Positions 62,201-64,000 of a DNA stretch of 64,000 nt are shown one piece after another. Every line of letters begins with the position of its first letter. Position 1 is the stretch's first letter. A program made the position numbers and the translations under genes. The stretch comes from Spirochaetota bacterium (GTDB lineage Bacteria; Spirochaetota; UBA4802; UBA5550): NCBI GenBank assembly GCA_050298055.1, contig JBNKTL010000013.1, positions 5,979-69,978 on the forward strand, read 5' to 3'. A model generated the notes under the pieces. That model was given only the letters and a program-made list of their open reading frames with translations. It ran no database searches and was not told the DNA's origin.

Positions 62201-62554
62201 CAGATAGCGTATACTGTTAAGAGGAATATCAAGGACATAACTTTCACCGTCCAGGGAAAAGTCTTTCTCGGTATGAATGACCTTCCAGAAATCACCGTTT
62301 ATGCTGGACTCAATTCGAAAACCCCGGGGAAAAAAAGAAGCACCTTTTTCAGAGGGAACAATCTCAATAAAATCAATCAGTTTAATATTCTGCAGGTCCA
62401 GGACAAAGAACTCCATCCGGTTATCATCATTTTTCCCGGTACTCCAGATCCCTTCCTCCTTCAACAGGTTGTGGACGGAACATTCACTGTCTCGTTCACT
62501 GGAGAAATCTGAGATCTTTCCCGTAAATATTTTTTCATGGCTGATATTCATCAC
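59225..62554 (-). CDS. Two discoidin (F5/8C) domains + tail-fibre-like repeats + peptidase-G2-like chaperone domain
   Basis: Discoidin motifs (LSIDLG, ARYIRI); 16 x 32-aa repeats; C-terminal VALAGKVMCKV...PGDLI...VIGKAL. Confidence 0.8.
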   Translation of the reverse strand: MMNISHEKIFTGKISDFSSERDSECSVHNLLKEEGIWSTGKNDDNRMEFFVLDLQNIKLIDFIEIVPSEKGASFFPRGFRIESSINGDFWKVIHTEKDFSLDGESYVLDIPLNSIRYLKLLITDHNRNNSLYYSEIARCNVGISGISEIASSSSSGDSRPENLVDNNMDTFWESEEKSSASREYLSIDLGKVEHINRIILGSADSGFPENFTFDTSTDRNVWIRLFEEKGFKSEKNQKYFWDFDITPARYIRIDTDSVKNNSDKYSVKVSEIRIFSAVPNPSHTHNVGDLVPYASIFQSGIVRLAKDGDDSSAAVVQGSDRRLRCATTVFKGIVQLAGDSDETEGLVVQASDSRLKEATDEKPGIVRFAYDRENKQGTAVQGSDSRLQEATEESFGIVKLCPDGDESIYGVVRGSDRRLKKAGENDYGICRLARDGGNDPGTVVQGNDRRLRNATTQFPGIVKLAEDGEENPGTAVQGNDKRLKNATTHSKGIIELAEDGEDTPETVVQGSDRRLKDATTGSKGIVELAENGEVKPGVVVQSDDNRLKDATVGSKGIVELAEDGEDMPGTVVQGNDSRLKDATEVSRGILRFARDGEEEPFTAVQGNDKRLKDATTTFKGIVELAEDGETGEGVAVQGNDSRLKDATVGSKGIVELAENGEVKSGVAVQGDDHRLRDASEKAKGIIRFASNGETSQLAAVQGNDKRLKDATTTTKGIVELAEDGEESEGVAVQGNDKRLRDATTTYKGIVELAEDGEESEGVAVQGNDKRLKKASTGSFGIVTFAQNGKKVKNAAVLADDSRLSDSREPLPHDHDYAPLDHDFNSHSGTLSIKESRSEIFGEIVPPPENSSIIQGVNDSDKDGSVGISGVAGVSTDKEIKSYGVVGYSRHIGVRGESPGGEKTRGCGVLGISRFGPGGVFSSEHSYSLVADGYGKIGDYEKNVNLMGNGDALLVNGKTVINGEIYLNSRDDKLLSGSIVEMFEIDNEEFISSGDLLIVSETGNSVLSHSRNEYDRRVIGVVAGNPALIMNNSGKKEKLYPVALAGKVMCKVDARNRPVTPGDLIVTSNTPGCGMAGDIDSFNKVGTVIGKALDGLGEGIGVIPVFLSMK
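60140..61675 (-). repeat. 16 tandem 96-bp coding repeats
   Basis: Consensus ATTxxKGIVELAEDGExxxGxAVQGNDxRLKD. Confidence 0.92.
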
Positions 62555-62599
62555 TCACTCCTGATCAAAAAAACTGAATTTTGAGTTGTTATCTTATTC

Positions 62600-62631
62600 G
62601 TAACTTCTCAGCTGTATGGCTGAGTAGTTAC
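62600..62631. repeat. Collapsed family A ends (32-bp hairpin)
   Basis: GTAACTTCTCAGC-TGTATG-GCTGAGTAGTTAC. Confidence 0.7.
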
Positions 62632-62650
62632 TCTTATTCTTTTTTTTATC

Positions 62651-63427
62651 TCACTGTGTCAAATAAAATCCTGTCAGCCATTCTTTTATATGACCTTTCA
62701 GGGTGTTGATATGATTAATGCTGTTCAGGCAGTGATCTCCGCCGGATATTATGATTTGTCTGCCGGATGATTTAAGATGTTCCCTTATGAGATTGAGGTT
62801 CATGATATCAACGGTTTTATCGGCATCTCCCTGTATGCTCAGCACGGGAATTTCAATATCTTTAATAGATTGAATAATATCCGTTTTACACAATTCACTG
62901 ATAAACCTGTTGTTCACTGTCACTCCGTCAATCTCACTTGCGCCGTTTTCATCAAGCGATTCCGTATCATCAAGACCGGCTAGTTTCCTTACAAGCCCGC
63001 AGAGGTCTACCGGTGCTGCAATGGTCACCAGTGATCTCAGCAGACTTCTCTTTTGAAACAGCCTGTCTCTTGATGCTGCAACAAGTGACACCGTCCCTCC
63101 CATACTCGATCCGATAATGTGGATGTCTCCGGCCCCGGTGGAAGCAAGGTAGTTAAAAACATATTTCAGGTCCAGGACTTCCTGCTCAAGAGAAAGATTA
63201 AAGAAAACATCTTCCGATTCACCGGAAAAGGAAAAGTCAAATGTAAACAGGTCAAATCCCCATTGTATAAAATCATCTCTCATTCCTGATATTTTGTACC
63301 CGTCCTGGGTGGAGAAGAGCCCATGACAGAAAACCACTGTTCTTTTATCCGCAGAACCGGACCTGAAGAGCCTTCCGGATATGGTTTTCTCCCTGTTATT
63401 TTTAATTCTGATGTTTTTATAGTTCAT
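62651..63427 (-). CDS. Alpha/beta hydrolase
   Basis: CHGL, GSSMG, QGDADKTV, GGDH. Confidence 0.9.
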   Translation of the reverse strand: MNYKNIRIKNNREKTISGRLFRSGSADKRTVVFCHGLFSTQDGYKISGMRDDFIQWGFDLFTFDFSFSGESEDVFFNLSLEQEVLDLKYVFNYLASTGAGDIHIIGSSMGGTVSLVAASRDRLFQKRSLLRSLVTIAAPVDLCGLVRKLAGLDDTESLDENGASEIDGVTVNNRFISELCKTDIIQSIKDIEIPVLSIQGDADKTVDIMNLNLIREHLKSSGRQIIISGGDHCLNSINHINTLKGHIKEWLTGFYLTQ

Positions 63428-63975
63428 TTGAATTTTTTCATTAACTTCAGTTTTATCAGGGGCTCAAAGTAACCATGGGAACTCTTTCCGTCTATAATGA
63501 TCTTATCAGGCTTGATAAGAAGTCTATTTTTCCCGTCCCTGCTCTTCCGGTTTCCTTTGAAAATAAAATAGGACCTTTTGGTTTTTGCGAAACCTCTTTG
63601 TGTAAATATCTCCTTTAATGATCCCGCAGACTTCATTTCAAAGATATTGACCCGGATATTATTTGTTTCCTCAAGGGTATAGACTCCCTTAAAGACAATA
63701 GCGCTCTTCTTAAGATAGAGAACAATCAGGGACTTATAATTTTTGTAAAAGCTGAATCTGTACCCGTAACCGGTACCATACTTCAGTTCCCAGATCCCCG
63801 TTAAATCGCTGAAACCCAGTGGAGTACCAGTTTCATTTTCTTCACTGCTTTTCTCAGGTGTTTTTTCATAGGGATCGTCTTTCTCCGATATGCCTCTTTC
63901 ACTGCCGCATGAGGAGAAAAACGCCGCTGTTATAATTAGGGCTGCTAGAAGAAATTTTTTGATATATTCATTCAT
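63424..63975 (-). CDS. Hypothetical lipoprotein
   Basis: FSSC lipobox; ATGA overlap with the hydrolase gene. Confidence 0.7.
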   Translation of the reverse strand: MNEYIKKFLLAALIITAAFFSSCGSERGISEKDDPYEKTPEKSSEENETGTPLGFSDLTGIWELKYGTGYGYRFSFYKNYKSLIVLYLKKSAIVFKGVYTLEETNNIRVNIFEMKSAGSLKEIFTQRGFAKTKRSYFIFKGNRKSRDGKNRLLIKPDKIIIDGKSSHGYFEPLIKLKLMKKFK

Positions 63976-64000
63976 GATATTTAAAGTGTGATATGGTTCT

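Overview
64 kb of ordinary bacterial chromosome, most likely a Spirochaetota genome (inferred from the spirochaete-type FliM and the abundant lipoproteins). No rRNA, tRNA, CRISPR array or prophage was seen. Housekeeping genes include fliM, rnhA, pcrA/uvrD, carD, PBP1A, degP, dtd, trxA, rsmE and tsaA. Two cobalamin riboswitches head (i) a lone btuB and (ii) an exbB-exbD-tonB-btuFCD operon. Operon (ii) continues without a break into a membrane-anchored protein, a membrane polyferredoxin, a double-cubane-type (HgdB/DCCP) reductase and its ATP-dependent activase, with nikR just downstream. This B12-linked reductase module is the best candidate for an undescribed system. Other notable proteins: a single-chain SGNH+MBOAT O-acyltransferase, a catalytically eroded ACT-malic enzyme, a degenerate/intact cNMP-GGDEF pair, a stand-alone OLD-like nuclease, a palindrome-bracketed partition-like gene, and a 1109-aa discoidin/tail-fibre-repeat protein with no phage context. 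Intergenic DNA carries at least six REP/MITE families. One sits immediately after a TAG stop in all 3 copies, and the RAYT-associated REP supplies the stop codon of two unrelated genes. All calls come from reading motifs by eye; no database searches were run.
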